From contig NC_042999.1 in assembly GCF_006345805.1 (NCBI RefSeq), positions 65,658,001-65,722,000 on the forward strand: a stretch of 64,000 nucleotides of DNA, written 5' to 3'. The translations under genes were made by a program, and so were the position numbers. Shown here one piece after another: positions 11,562 to 26,023 of the stretch. The notes beneath the pieces are model-generated. The model searched no databases, had not been told where the DNA came from, and saw nothing but the letters and a program-made list of their open reading frames with translations. The stretch's first letter is position 1, and the number at the start of each line of letters is the position of its first letter. The DNA comes from Octopus sinensis (taxonomy: Eukaryota).

Positions 11562-14500
11562 TTTTTTTCTAGTTTCAGCTCAGAGCTGCGGCCATGCTGA
11601 TGCACCGCCGTTTTGTGCTACACTGTTATTACGACGAACCTCGTCTAATATGTGGCACTTGGTGAAGAATGGAGTTTGATATAGCTACTCTCATTTGCAC
11701 CTCTTGCCGTGAGGTAGGTTCATCTGGGACTCTTGACAGGAAGATGCCCAGCTTTGATTTAAAAACCGCTACATCTACTTTGTGCAAGTTCCTGAGACTC
11801 TTTGGGAGAATATTAAAAAGCTGTGGGCCCTTGAAATCCAGGCTGTCGCAGAAGCTGGTCCTGAAGCGTGATGGCATTGCTGGGATCTTTGGCACTATGC
11901 AGTGTCGTCCCGTTTAGCAGTGGTGTAGCTTACAAAGCCAAAATTTGGCACAATTCCTTCCAAGATCTTCCAGACATATATTACTGCATACCTCTCCCAT
12001 CATCTATCCAGGGAGTAGAGTCTTAGCTGTTTCAACCATTCCCAGTAGCTGAGCTGTTGCAAAGAGACGACCTTCTTTGTGAATCTTCTCTCGATTGCTT
12101 CAAGGTCCGCTGTTAATTTTACACTGGTGGGTGACCATACCTGTGAGCAGTAATCCAGGCGACTGAGGACGAATGTCCGCCAGGGGACCATCATGGTTTC
12201 CTTATCTCTGGTTCTGAATGTTCTTAGGATCCACCCAGCCAGTCGTCTGCACTTTGTCGCCATCCTGGTAATGTGCACTTGGAAAGAGGTATCATCACTC
12301 ATGTCGATACCCAGGTCCCTCACAGACTTAGGCTCTGGGATTGAAATTCCCTGTGGACCGGTGTATCCTGTAAGTTTAATACTCAGTGTTGGATGCTGGG
12401 AGCGCAGGGCTTGTAATTTTTCAGCATATTATTATCCTAAGCCCATCTGTAGATTGAGTCCAACTCCTGCTGCAGGTGTGCAACATCGCTGGGGTTCTGT
12501 ATTTTCTGCGAGACTTTCGTATCGTCTGCATAGCTGGCCAGAGTGGCTATCTGGGCATTTGAGGGCATATCTGAGAGGGCCACTATAAAAAGCAGTGGTC
12601 CCAAGACAGTACCCTGTGGAACACCGCTCACTATTTGTGTGTTCATAGAGGTGGCTCCATTAACCACTACTGCCTGACTCCTATCTTTCAGGAAGTCATG
12701 CAATCACACTCCAAGTTTTCCAAATATGCCGAGGTCACGTAGTTTGTGGCATATCATACCATGATCCACCTTGTCAAAAGCTTTTGCAAAATCAAGGTAG
12801 ATTACGTCCACATTTGATTTATTGAGTAACTGCCTCAACATCCAGTCATAATGATGTAAGAGCTGGGTCAGGCAGCTCCTACCTGGTCGAAAACCATGCT
12901 GGGTATCACTCAGCAAGTTATTTCCCTCAAGGAATGCGATTAGTTTCTTTCTGACTATCCGTTCCATGACTTTGCTGCTGTGTGAAGTCAGAGAGATAGG
13001 CCTATAGTTTTTGGCATCTGCTCTACTTCCCCCTTTATGTATTGGGCATATTATTCCCTCCTTCAGCTTGCTTGGCAGTTTGCCATTCGCAAGAAAGCTC
13101 TGGAAGAGAATCTTGAGGGGTTTTGCTGGACCAGCAGCTGAGTTTGTGTCTACTTCATCTATGGCTAGTAGGACATCTTTTTCGCTAATGTCAATACATT
13201 CTATTGTAACCGCCTCGCTGGTTATAGGTGACGCGGCAAAGAAGTCCACTGGTTCGTTCACTTGTCTGTGTTCCAACGGGGTGGTAAAGACACTTTTGAA
13301 CTGGTCATTCAGCATCTCACTGATCATAGTTGGATTGTCTGTAAGGGAGCCATCCTTTTGGAGAAGGGGTCCTATCTTGTAGTGCACTGAGACTGTTTCT
13401 TTCGCGTAATGAAAGAAGGCCTTTGGGTTTGATTTAATGTTTTTTATAACCAAGGCTTCTTTGCCTGCTTTCTCGTTCACATAGAATTGTTGCAGCCTTT
13501 TTTCGATCTCCATCAGTGTTGTTTTTAGGCGGGACGTTTCGCTACTTTTGGGATGTTGGTTGAGACGATTTGCAACCTTCGTCCGTCGTCTCATGAGGAT
13601 CTTCCTGTCTCTTGGAATCTTGCTCCTATTTGTTTTGGCCTTGTGCTCTGGGACATATTTCTGGCATACGACTTGCACAGAAGACATGAAACATTCTAGT
13701 TTCATGTCGATGTCTGGTTTGGAGAGACATTCCGGCCAGTCTTCTCTGAGGATCTCTTTTTGGATCTGTTTCCAATCTGCTTTGTGGAAGTTCAGATTGG
13801 AAAGATTTCGGGTGCTTCCTTTAGGCTGTATGTCTCTGGTTACTTTCGGCCCAAACATAGACAGCTCTATTATGTTGTGATCCGAAACTGATGTCGGTGT
13901 GACTTTCACATCATGAATGATGTCCATATTTTTCGTGAAGCAGAGATCCAGAATGTTATTCACCCTAGTTGGCTTGAGTACAACTTGCTCCATGAATAAG
14001 GCATTGGTGAGGTTGAGTAGGGACTCCACCTGTACTTGCTTGCAATGATTCATTCCTGAGAGTATGTGACCTTCAGGCCATTTGACGTTGGGGAAGTTGA
14101 AATCACCCATAAGAAATATGGTCACGTGGTGTTCCAGATTCATGAGGATTTCTTTAATTCTTGTGAGGCAATCTTCAAACTTGCCTATGTGATTTGGGGC
14201 ATCCGGTGGGCAATATGTATTGCATATGACTATATTATGTTGTCTTATGTATACAATTAAGGTGTCACATACCGAATTTGAGTATGTCATCTCGGATGTA
14301 TACAGCAACTCCACCATGACTCCTTTCCCTTCTGTCTGTTCGCAGTATGGCATAGTCTGGTATGTGTACTTCTGCGTCCTCTATATCAGGGTTGAGGTGA
14401 GTTTCCACAAGTGCTATGCATAGGGCTTGATTTCATGCAGTAAGATCTCTCAGGAAAGAAATTTTGTTTCTATTTTGATGCAAAAGGCGCCCAATATTTA

Positions 14501-14946
14501 GTAAAAGTATTGGGGTGACGGCTGTGCAGGCGTTAGGAGAGGCCGTCCCGTGTCTGTTGACTGTGGTGGTCTTGCATAGTTGTGGACAGGGTTCCTTCAC
14601 TGTGCTTGGTGTAGCCAGGTTAGCTGCCGGACAATTCTTTCCGCTATGCATAAAAAAGACACTTGCTCAGCTGCTGCGTTGCGCAGAACATCTGAGGAGC
14701 GCACTTTGTTTTTGAAAGTTTTCCTGGGAGATATTTCTTGTGTTCCCTCGGTAAAGTTTTTCTCTTTGCGTCCCCTGAAGTTCTCGCGGGGTGTCGGGTG
14801 GGCGAACTGGCGGTTTTTGCCGTCCTCACCATGCCAACATTTGCCCCGCAGGTAGAACTTACAGGTTCTTCGGTGCCTTTCAGATTTCTCCTTTCCTGAA
14901 GTGTACTGGGTGGCATTGGATCCTCCATGGGGTTCTCTGCTGTTTG
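11562..14946 (-). mobile_element. Near-full-length CR1-group LINE: ORF1 fragment with CCCH finger, ORF2 APE-RT, 3' UTR; several frameshifts and stops
   Basis: TCKFYLRGKCWHGEDGKNRQFAHP (about 14795-14865); LCIALVETHL at about 14400; 549-aa ORF 12704..14353 with CNTYCPPD, MGDFNFP, NILDLCF, SDH, NYRPISLTS, QHGFRPGRSC and YLDFAKAFDKVDH; [13 protein letters not shown] and YADDTK (12437..12703); SRLDYCSQVWSP; 3' hairpin CAGCTC-T-GAGCTG. Confidence 0.96.
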
Positions 14947-14962
14947 TATTTATATATATGAT

Positions 14963-15020
<58 letters not shown>

Positions 15021-15520
15021 ATATATATAATTTATATTATATTATATGATATATACATATATATATATATATATACATATATTTATATATTATTTATATT
15101 ATATGATACATATATACATATATTTATATATTATTTATATTATATGATATATATACATATATTTATATATTATTTATATTATATGATATATATATACATA
15201 TATTTATATATTATTTATATTATATGATATATATATACATATATTTATATATTATTTACATTATATGATATATATATACATATATTTATATATTATTGAT
15301 ATTATATGATATATATATATGCATATATTTATATATTATTTATATTATATGATATATATATATGCATATATTTATATATTATTTATATTATATGGTATAT
15401 ATATATATATATATGCATATATTTATATATTATTTACATTATATGGTATATATATATATATGCATATATTTATATATTATTTATATTATATGATATATAT
15501 ATATATATGCATATATTTAT

Positions 15521-15715
15521 ATTTTTTAAATTTAATTTTATTTTATCTAGTTTCAGTTCACGAGCTCTGGCCATGCTGGGGCACCGCCATTTGGTGTTGT
15601 TACATGATTTTACTTCACGAATGCTTTTTACGAACGGCCATTTGGTGCATGAGAGAGTTCGATGCAGCTGCCCTCATCTGCACCTCCTGTTGTGAAGTTG
15701 GCTCATCCGGGACAC
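15521..15715 (-). mobile_element. CR1-group LINE extreme 3' end (subfamily of 45265-46790) inserted in the minisatellite
   Basis: Reverse complement matches 46605-46790 (VPDEPTSQQEVQMR; GGCGGTGCCCCAGCATGGCC). Confidence 0.9.
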
Positions 15716-16201
15716 ATATTATTTATATTATATGATATATATATATATGCATATATTTATAAATTATTTATTTATATGATATATATATAATATATATTAT
15801 TATATATATATATAACATATATTTATATATTATTTATATTATATGATATTATATATATATACATATATTTATATATTTTTTATATTACATGATATATAAA
15901 TATATGTACATATATTTATATATTTTTTATATTCATGATATATAAATATATATACAATATTTATATATTTTTTATATTATATGATATATAAATATATATA
16001 CATATATTAATATATTATTTATATTATATGATATATATATATATGCATATATTTATATATTATTTATATTATATGACATATATATATATGCATATATTTA
16101 TATTATTTATATTATATGATATATATATGCATATATTTATATATTATTCATATTATATGATATATATATATGCATATGTTTATGTATTATTTATATTACA
16201 T

Positions 16202-16242
<41 letters not shown>

Positions 16243-17634
16243 TATGTTTAAATATTATTTATATTACATAATATATATATATATGCATATATTTATATAT
16301 TATTTATATTATATGATATATATATATATATGCATATATTATATATTATTTAAATTATATGATATATATATATATGCATATATTTATATATTACTTATAT
16401 TATATGATATATATATATATGCATATATTTATATATTACTTATATTATATGATATATATATATATGCATATATTTATATATTACTTATATTATATGATAT
16501 ATATATATATATGCATATATTTATATTATATGATATATATATATATGCATATGTTTATATATTATTTTATTATATGATATTATATATGCATATGTTTATA
16601 TATTATTTATATTATATGATATTATATATATATGCATATATTTATATATTATTTATATTATAGATATATATATATATATGCATATGTTTATATATTATTT
16701 ATATTATATGATATATATATATATGCATATGTTTATATATTATTTATATTATATGATATATATATATATATATATGCATATGTTTATATATTATTCATAT
16801 TATATGATATATATATATATGCATATGTTTATATATTATTCATATTATATGATATATATATATATATGCATATGTTTATATATTATTCATATTATATGAT
16901 ATATATATATATGCATATGTTTATATATTATTCATATTATATGATATATATATATGCATATGTTTATATATTATTTATATTATATGATATTTATATATAT
17001 GCATATGTTTATATATTATTTATATTATATGATATATATATATATGCATATGTTTATATATTAATTTATATTATATGATATATATATATATATGCATATG
17101 TTTATATATTATTCATATTATATGATATATATATATGCATATGTTTATATATTATTTATATGATATATATATATATATATATGCATATGTTTATATATTA
17201 TTTATATTATATGATATATATATATGCATATGTTTATATATTATTTATATTATATGATATATATATATATGCATATGTTTATATATTATTCATATTATAT
17301 GATATATATATATATGCATATGTTTATATATTATTCATATTATATGATATATATATATATATGCATATGTTTATATATTATTTATATTAATTGATATATA
17401 TATATATATATATGCATGTTTATATATTATTTATATTATATGATATATGATATATATATATATATATATATGCATATGTTTATATATTATTTATATTATA
17501 TGATATATATATATATGCATATGTTTATATATTATTCATATTATATGATATATATATATGCATATGTTTATATATTATTTATATTATATGATATATATAT
17601 ATATATGCATATGTTTATATATTATTTATATTAT

Positions 17635-18022
17635 ACTAGCAGTATCGCCCGGCGTTGCTCAGGTTTGTAAGGGAAATAACTATAAAGCATTTTTAGAGAG
17701 TTATAGCCAAAAAATAGCAAAAAAATGGAAGAAAAATGATGGTAAATTTTTTTGAGAGTAAAAAAAGGTTGAGTTGCGTCCCCTAGACAGTCTGTGGTTT
17801 GTTTTTTTTTTATTCTCGACCCCATGTCGAATTTATCGATTTTTTTCAGAACTGGGCGAACTTTTCAAAATTTTCGCTGCGTTAGTTTTGAATTATGATA
17901 TTGGGCTATGTGTGTGTCAAGTTTCATCAGAATCGGTTGAAAGCCGTGGTCAGAGTGAGGGTACAAGCAAACAGACCCACAGAAACACGCACAGACAAAC
18001 TGCCGTTTATATAGAGAGAGAT
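17635..18022 (+). mobile_element. Non-autonomous Helitron-like element (Lep1-like architecture)
   Basis: 5' ACTAGCAGTATCGCCCGGCGTTGCTC; 3' CAAGTTTCATCAGAATCGGTTGAAAGCCGTGG followed by a CAGA/CACA microsatellite and TTTATATAGAGAGAGAT; no TSD or TIR seen; second copy at 27249. Confidence 0.7.
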
Positions 18023-18332
18023 GATATATGTATATATATGCATATGTTTATATATTATTTATATTATATGATATATATATATATGCATATGTTTATATAT
18101 TATTTTTATTATATGATATATATATATGCATATGTTTATATATTAGTTATATTATATGATATATATATATGCATATGTTTATATATTATTTATATTATAT
18201 GATATATATATATATGCATATGTTAATATATTATTTATATTATATGATATATATATATATGCATATGTTTATATATTATTTATATTATATGATATATATA
18301 TGCATATGTTTATATATTATTTATATTATATG

Positions 18333-18368
<36 letters not shown>

Positions 18369-19974
18369 GTTTATGAGTAAAACAATAAAGGTCATTGAAT
18401 ATGATGGAGAGTATTAGAACACCTATACTGCGAGAAATAAAGTAACACCTGTAGGGCTGTGTTGTTGCTGTCAACGCGCATAAAATTGCATACATTCATG
18501 CTAGCTGCGGACGTAGATGGCCGGAAAGCGGCGAACGTGATATCCCTTTACAGCTTTATGCCGAAGCATCGACAGAAGGGTTTGCACAGATTGCCAGTTT
18601 CCAGACAACCCATATGTGATTAAATGTGCATGAGGAATTGAAATAAGCAAAAGTTTATAAAAGCCTTGCCTAAGAAAGTTTCGCCAGTTTGCGATATGAC
18701 ATAGTATAAAGAAAATAATAGTTAAAATTAAGCTTAATTCTCTCCATTTCTTTGATATTCTTAATTAACAAAAATGATTAATAGAATCCAGTCCGTAGAA
18801 AGATATGTTGTAGTCCAAGAAAATAATTTATAATCAAAGTAATAATTACAGTCTTAAGTAAATCATATAAAAAATAATGAGCTCCTTTTGGGATAATTAT
18901 TTTCTCACATTAAGTTCTTCAAAGTAAATTTTAATTATGTTTACAGTTGACGAAAATTTCATTGCGTTTGTTAAGAATTTATTATTATTATTTTTTTGTT
19001 TTTGTTTTTGCTATCGGCGAATACAATTTCGCGTGTTTCACGGAGAAGCAGCTTAGAGACTTTCCGGTTACCATTATAAGGAAATGCATTCGCCAGAATT
19101 GTTCATCCGATATCGTAGTTACTAATTTAGAAGTTAAGTGATTGAATAAGCTCAGCTAATGATGTGTCACATGCACAAGTTTGCTATTAAAAAGGTTGTG
19201 TCTATGGATCGATATTCGAGGTTTCACCGAATTAGTGGTAGCTTCAATAAAGGATCTGTTGGTGGAGGTAATGACACTCAATACTCATACACCATATTTG
19301 TTTAAAATTGCATCTACGTTCAGTACAGTGTGTTGTTGTTGTTGTTGTTGTTGATGATGATATGGTATAGGCCCTTTATCAATACTTCTAGATAGAGATA
19401 TTTTGATCATTTCAACATAGGCCCCTACCTCGGTTGTGGGGTTTCAGTATTATTCACATAAGCCGTGGCGGAGATTGTTTCGGGCAATACAAATGAGTGT
19501 TCTGTGTTGGCATCCATGTCAGTATATCTTTCGGTAATGTGATTAGAGAGAGGTTTTAACTTTCTCGTGTTGTGTAACGGATGGAGTTTATACGATTTTG
19601 CTTTCTTAATTTATACCTATAAGATTGGGTTATGATACATTCTAAATTCGAGATTGAAGAGCAGGATAATTTCAGAGGTTTTCTTTTACAAATTTAGTGG
19701 TATGCTCTATGGGGTATGGTGGTATTTTTTTTATCTAATATACTATAAAGGTCCTAAGAAGTTTTAGAAGTTTTAATTTAATAGGAAGTGATATACCAAC
19801 ATGCTGGGCTTCTATGCAACATTTGAAGTCTCTTTGTCTCCTATTTTCAGCAAGAATTTGGTGAATTGGTGAACATTTGACAGCCTTGAATCTGCGCAAA
19901 GATTAATATTGTAGTTGGGAAAGGTCGACAGATATGGAGCGCAATAAGTCATCCTAATAGTGGTTTCGTTTCAA

Positions 19975-20150
19975 ATTTTGGCTCAAAGTCAGCAATTTTG
20001 TCTGAGGGCATAAACGGACAAGATCGGACCCAATTCACAAAAGGTAATTATTTTATCGACCTTGAAAAGACAAAGTCGATCTCAGAACAATTTGGGCTCA
20101 GAGTGTGAAGACGGGAGAAATGCCGCTAAGGATGTCTGTCGCGTTAATGG
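19975..20150 (-). mobile_element. Highly degenerate SINE family A copy
   Basis: TTTTATCGACCTTGAAAAGACAAAGTCGATCTC and GACGGGAGAAATGCCGCTAAG resemble the reverse complement of family A. Confidence 0.5.
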
Positions 20151-20224
20151 TTCTGAAAACTCGATACCTTAAGTCGTCTGAATATTGGAAAAGATTTACC
20201 TGTATCATGATGATTCATGACAAG

Positions 20225-20790
20225 TTCCAAAATGCCATCATGAATGCTGCTCAATGCTCTATGAACACTATTAATGCTGCAAGGCGTGGCATGGGCAGAA
20301 GTAACGGTAAGTACGAATCTGTGAACAGCAGGAGATGACCCAACAGTCGTTCTGATTTTGTCTGCAGGCCAGGATTCGCTCCCATTTTTATAAACAGTTA
20401 CTGCGGCTAACTCCGAACGGCTATGTGAAGCTGCAGGAGACTGTGATCAAACCCCCTTTGGAGAGAGATTCTGATGGAAGCTTATATATATAGCAACAGG
20501 ATTCAACTCCTTGTCACAGCTCACGAAAGAGTGCGAAGTGGTTATCATGGAGAATCTCTCCTACATCATCAGCCCCATTTTCTTGTCACATAATGCCTCT
20601 GTTTCTAATCTCATGGATTAATATGTGTGCGACGTAGTTGAGAAAGACACCAACCGCTTTGCAAGAACTCTACAGCCGATAAGGTGGCCAATATTAGGGA
20701 GATGTTCGATTTTTCCTAGGGACATAGTGAGGAATGTAAGCTGACGATACCGAAGCCGTATCGAAGTTGTGGTGGAAGCAACTTTAAACG
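20225..20790 (+). mobile_element. Internally deleted Tc1/mariner-superfamily transposase remnant (maT/DD37D-like)
   Basis: N-terminal AIMNAAQCSMNTIN...SNGKYESVNSRR; catalytic part GYVKLQETVIKP, *QQDSTPCHSSRKSAKWLS, NLMD*YVCDVVEKDTNR and YRSRIEVVVEA across frameshifts. Confidence 0.75.
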
Positions 20791-21321
20791 TTGTTATCTC
20801 GCAACCATCAACTAGTTAGTATATTTGATTCTTTTAAAAGAAAAAAAACTATTTTGGATTGGATATTCTGTTTTGTTTTCGTTCTATGCAAACTGTCGAC
20901 TTTAAAATGAATGCATTCTATTCGGCCATTACTCTTTTTGTTTTGTAATGTTGCGGATGACTGCAGAATTTGGTGCGTCTGCAGAAAGGGCTGTGTTCTT
21001 GGATTCACCACAAGGTCCTCGTACATATTCCCTATTGTACAAGGGAAGATTACAGCGGCTGTTTTATGTGTGAGTGAATGAAATATCTATAGATTACTGG
21101 GGCATATGATCTGTTTAATTTTGGTTTTTAAATTCGTGTATGGTATCATAGCAATTTCCCTTAAAAGCTGGTTTGGTAGTAGAACTCGGCGTGGTTTTGA
21201 GATATTTTGGTTAGCAGAAAGGTAAGAGACTCTACGGTGTATGTCCTTAAAATTGCTGTTCTAAACTGAAAGCGGGTGGGTAAGAAGATCGCACTACCTA
21301 TATATGTATATACATACATAC

Positions 21322-21363
<42 letters not shown>

Positions 21364-21470
21364 CATATATTAATATAGACGTTGCTTTATTAATAGAGAC
21401 TAGTGAAAAAGCATGCTGTTTATATTATGTTCAACTTTCCCGAACTGAAATCTACGTGATTTTTCTTTTC

Positions 21471-21528
<58 letters not shown>

Positions 21529-21754
21529 CCATATTATTTTTCATTTTCCTCTTCAGCTTGAAACTTCACACGAATTTAAATTAAACTGAAGATTTACAGT
21601 CAGATTAGAAAGCATTCTATTTCCTTATCGAAATTACACTCCTCTCTCTTATAAGAAATGAAATTCACACACGCGCGCATACATTCATGTTTATATATAC
21701 ATATATATGTATGTATATTACGTATATATGCACATATTTAGGTATATATGTAAT

Positions 21755-21796
21755 AAGGAATATATATTACATATATATAATAAATACATCTTATCT

Positions 21797-21850
<54 letters not shown>

Positions 21851-21898
21851 AAGGAATATATATTACATATATATATAAATACATCTATATCTTGTATA

Positions 21899-21945
<47 letters not shown>

Positions 21946-22085
21946 AATATATATTACATATATAAATACATCTTAATCTTGTATATATATATATATATAT
22001 ATATATAAGGAATATATATTACATATATATATAAATACATCTTATATCTTGTATATATATATAAGGAATATATATTACATATATA
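21755..22085. repeat. Five copies of an about 45-bp core (AAGGAATATATATTACATATATATAAATACATCTTATCTTG) separated by variable (TA)n
   Basis: Cores start at 21755, 21851, 21942, 22007 and 22063 (last one partial). Confidence 0.85.
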
Positions 22086-22214
22086 TATATATACACATAT
22101 ACATATATATATTACAATATATACCACATATATATATATACACACATATATATATATACACACAATATATATATATATATACACACATATATATATACAA
22201 CCACTATATATATA

Positions 22215-22257
<43 letters not shown>

Positions 22258-22282
22258 TATATACACACACATATATATAATA

Positions 22283-22317
<35 letters not shown>

Positions 22318-22397
22318 ATATATATATACACACACATATATATATATCTATATACACACATATATATATACACACACACATAATATTATATATATAT

Positions 22398-22440
<43 letters not shown>

Positions 22441-22453
22441 TATATATATATAT

Positions 22454-22496
<43 letters not shown>

Positions 22497-22973
22497 TATA
22501 ATATATATATATATATCACATATATATATTATATACACATGTGTATTATATGAATATATACTGATGTATATACATATATGTTATATGTATATTTATATAT
22601 ATACCTATATATATATTCGCACACGTACATATGTTTTTGATCATATATAGATTCAGCGATAAATACGTAACATATATATGTGTGTGCCTGTGTATGTATA
22701 TGCGTATATATATATACACTCATACATTCGTGTTTATATTTACATATCTGCATACACGCCATGACGCATGCGTATACAGGTATCTATTATGAGATACATT
22801 CACATTGGCATACACGCATTTATATTTGATTCAACACAGCTTATTCACATAGCTTGGGCGATTTTATCCTTCAGACAGCACGCGTCTAATTGCGTTCACC
22901 TCTTTCTAAAAGAAACCAGCACGCTCTTATCTATTTTGATGCTTCCAATGAATTACGAATTACCTTACCTGAA

Positions 22974-23031
<58 letters not shown>

Positions 23032-23974
23032 ATTTTATATATATATATATCTATATATATATATACATACATATATATTTATATATATATACACATACAC
23101 GTACATACATACATATATGTATATATATATACACACATATATACATATGCATATATATATATCCTAATTACATTCATATACGCGCACATGCATATATATA
23201 ATCGACACATTCCTTTGGCAATATTTTCAATTTGTACATGAATTCGTTAATATTTCAATTAAGCTTTATCTTGCTAATTATTTATTGGAAGGAAATTATT
23301 TTTGTGCCACATTCTGTGCCATTCTGTGCCATCGAACTACAGCATGTTGCACTACTCATTACTAGCATGAAACCCTTGTGCCGAGAATTTAAACGTACGC
23401 CCACATCATTCTCTGCACACACCGTATAGCTTTTACTAGCTTTATTTTAACATTGTTTGAATTGAACACAACGGTTTTTGTTATTCTGCCTGTCACTGTA
23501 TAATGTATTCTCACCTGTTATCCTTGCGGCCATAATAGAAAATATTTGACAGTAGTCATACGTTGTTGCCTTTGTTATTAACTATTACATCCGGAATATA
23601 ATCACTTTTGAATTTAATGGAATATATTTACAACAAGCACGTTCGACGAATGTCTTCGGTGTAGTCATCATTATCATAATCATTGTCATCGTCTCACTTG
23701 ACGTCGTTGTCTCCGTCGTCGTCGTCATCATCAACATCACCATCCACTTCCTTCTCATCCTTCACCTTCCCCTTCCTCATTATTTTCATTCAAATTTTCA
23801 TTATCATCCGCTCACTTTCGAAAATTATCTTGCATGTTCAATAATTCTTGTCAATACCTGGCAGACATTTAGAAAATTTTGAGAATATTTGCGAGGCTTC
23901 GCAAATCATTCGCCATAGCCCTATCCTGTGTCCAAAATGCGACATTTAATTCATCGCTAGTTCTAGAAAGTGAA

Positions 23975-24240
23975 GGCGCGTTTAATTCCTGGCGACGGGT
24001 TGTGTCCTTGAGCAAGACACTTTATTTCACATTGCTCCTGTCCACTCACCTGGCAAAAATGAGCTGTACCTGTATTTGAAAGGGCCCGAGTTGTCACACT
24101 GAATCTCCCTGAGAACTACGTTAGGGGTACATGTGTGTCTTTGGATTGCTCAGTCACTTGCACGTTAATTTCACGAACAAGCTGTTCAGTTGATCGTATC
24201 AGCTGGGACCCTCGTCGTCGTAACCGACGGAGTGCTCCTG
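23975..24240 (+). mobile_element. SINE family D with V/CORE-like central motif, head truncated
   Basis: GTTTAATTCC B-box-like motif; TGTGTCCTTGAGCAAGACACTTTATTTCACATTGCTCC; tail GGGACCCTCGTCGTCGTAACCGACGGAGTGCTCC. Confidence 0.6.
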
Positions 24241-26023
24241 TTTCTAGAAAAAAAAAGGTAGTAGCAGGCCAAAGTACATGCTCGCTATTTTGGGGCATAT
24301 CAAAACATGTTAATGAATGGATTATTTAAGAGTTTCTGCCGTGTGCTTCTTTTTAGGTATCTTTCAAATAGAGCTTTTTTTGTTTTGTATTTCTCTGCGA
24401 TGGTTCCTTAGGTTATGTTTTGTATTGGGTTATTTTATTAAGAGTTATATTTTAACGTAGATGTTGTATGCAGTGAGATTGTTTCGTGGCGTACTATTTA
24501 ATCTGAAATGTCTCACATTGCATGTTGGTTGCGAGCCCTCATAAGGCCTATGTTTACTCATTTTCCGTATTTTGCATAATACATAACACTATAACTATTA
24601 CTGGATTTTATTTATATATTTATTTATAATTTCTTGAGTCACAACGTGTTTATTTCCAATATTCAACATCCTTCTCCTTTGATATTTTCTCTACTTCACC
24701 CCGATCAATGTTACATTTATTTCTATTTTGGGGTCATAATAGATTGCCATATTTATCAGTTTGATGCCATGCTCCTTTGTTCATACAGAGTAAATCTAAG
24801 TCGTTTTTCCCTATCTTCGTGTGTATTTGGATGGGTGTGACCCCCAAATAGTTGTGGCCATTTTCTTTTCTTGAACTGTGCTTGGTACAAGTTTATGTCA
24901 CATTATATCCGTTATTTACATCGTACGGTCAGCACATTGTCCAGTAGACGTGGTTAAAGTTGTAACCGATTTGTGAATATTCTCATTTGTAAAGAACTAA
25001 AAGGCCTCCCAAATCGAGGAGACCAACTGCATTCGTATAAGTGTTGCAGTTGGTGTCGCCAATCATTATTTTACTGTTAGTTACGTGAAACCAAACCACT
25101 CTTTTCATTCAACCTTTAGTTTAAACTGAGTGCATACTCTCTGTCGAGCCTTACGGTATTCACATGGAGAGCTTTATTCTTTTATTCTTTTACTTGTTTC
25201 AGTTTGAAATATATTTCTGACGACATCACTCCGATATTTCCTCAATTTTCTGTATATTTTTTCTCAATATGTTTTACATCCGGCCTTTAACTAACACAAA
25301 CTACAACTGCTAAAGTTATTCTATAGATGGAATTCATGTTCGAGGAGATAATAGTGTTAAGTGGTAAGGGTTTCTTTTACCTCGGAGTTATCTCTGGTCA
25401 TGTACTCCTATTTAACGTCTAAATTATTTAGTAGTTTCGATTGTGTCATAATACTTGATGTTTTCTTCTGTAACTATTCAGATATTACAAATTTCAACGT
25501 AGGAGTATCATTTGCATGCATTTCCCATGCTTAATATTGTCAATCACATTGTCCTCATTCACAAATAGTTTCTATTTTCTTCTTTCATTCTATTTCCATA
25601 CAGTTCATGTACATATTTTTTAACATTCCCGCTGGTGCGTTATAGTAATTCGATTGTTACTCGACATCCATAGTCTCGATGTTCACATTTCTCTGGAAAT
25701 GTTTATTTAAAATATGGTGATCCAATCTTTTCTTTGGATCATCCGTGTCGGGTCCATTGAATCATGTGCTCTCAATTTAAATTCTAGTTTCCTTATATAT
25801 AACCCAGGAATTTCTAATAAAACATTATGTATACAATTTTTCACCTTGTTTCAGTGAGTCAACTGTGCCTTGAAGTGTTTAGTTGGTGAAAGTGATTATG
25901 GATTTATTACAGAATCAAAGATACATTGTCACTAATCCAGTAAAATTACGATTAAGAACTTTAGAACCGCTGAAGATTTGATAAAGGAATTAGATTATAA
26001 AACTTATATTACATAAAATATTG

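Larger units (their letters stand above)
14950..18340. repeat. About 40-bp AT-rich minisatellite array, unit GCATAT(A/G)TTTATATATTATT(T/C)ATATTATATG(AT)n
   Basis: Unit repeated dozens of times; one to two units also occur at about 11500-11561 on the other side of the LINE. Confidence 0.92.

Noticed and set aside
19330-19900. Possible old LINE 3' end on the minus strand with a (CAA)n tail
   Set aside because: No diagnostic motif could be reconstructed with confidence.
25327-25363. Possible 37-nt micro-exon (TATAG|...|GTAAGG)
   Set aside because: The polypyrimidine tract is weak, the peptide is unrecognised and no partner exons were found; such sites occur by chance in 64 kb.
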